A stretch of 64,000 bases of DNA from Somniosus microcephalus (lineage: Eukaryota): contig CM126222.1 of NCBI GenBank assembly GCA_052327205.1, positions 47,306,001 through 47,370,000 on the forward strand, in the 5' to 3' direction. Shown here piece after piece: positions 63,915 to 64,000 of the stretch. Below the pieces are notes generated by a model. That model was given only the letters and a program-made list of their open reading frames with translations. It was not told the DNA's origin and made no database searches. Positions within the stretch are counted from its first letter, which is position 1. The number at the start of each line of letters is the position of its first letter. The position numbers were made by a program, and so were the translations under genes.

Positions 63915-64000
63915 GGTCTCAAATTCCCAGATTTTACATAAGTGCCCCGTGAGATCCGGGATTCTGCTTGCGATGCGCATGAGCGAAAACCCGGAACTTG
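63915..64000. mobile_element. Start of a probable further Harbinger-type element (cut by the window end)
   Basis: Abrupt rise in CpG, with gcgcatgagcgaaaacccggaacttg resembling the gcgcatg/ccgg arm motifs of the other MITEs. Confidence 0.4.

Noticed and set aside
1-64000. Prokaryotic or phage systems (operons, CRISPR arrays, retrons, defence islands)
   Set aside because: No long ORFs, no regularly spaced direct repeats and no operon structure. All RT and transposase motifs belong to vertebrate TE families.

Overview
Eukaryotic, AT-rich, repeat-dense vertebrate DNA. It is almost certainly from a cartilaginous fish (shark), inferred from the repeat complement: many CR1/L3 3' ends, L2, RTE, Penelope, Deu-domain SINEs, and Harbinger, Tigger and hAT DNA elements. 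No intact protein-coding gene, RNA gene, CRISPR array or prokaryotic system is supported, and every recognisable ORF in the track is a transposon fragment. The window reads like part of a large intron, probably of a minus-strand gene, or an intergenic region; a few weak splice-site-bounded exon candidates are present. Most notable: (i) a family of Harbinger-type non-autonomous elements whose internal hairpins differ in sequence between copies but keep their pairing and position, and which carry promoter-like motifs and splice donors; (ii) a three-level CR1 > Harbinger > Penelope nest with readable target-site duplications; (iii) a decayed, near-full-length ZNF862-type hAT transposase not visible in the ORF track; (iv) an unexplained ~170-bp inverted repeat pair about 3.8 kb apart. 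Repeat family names come from remembered consensus motifs, not from a database search. Boundaries without a stated TIR or TSD are approximate.
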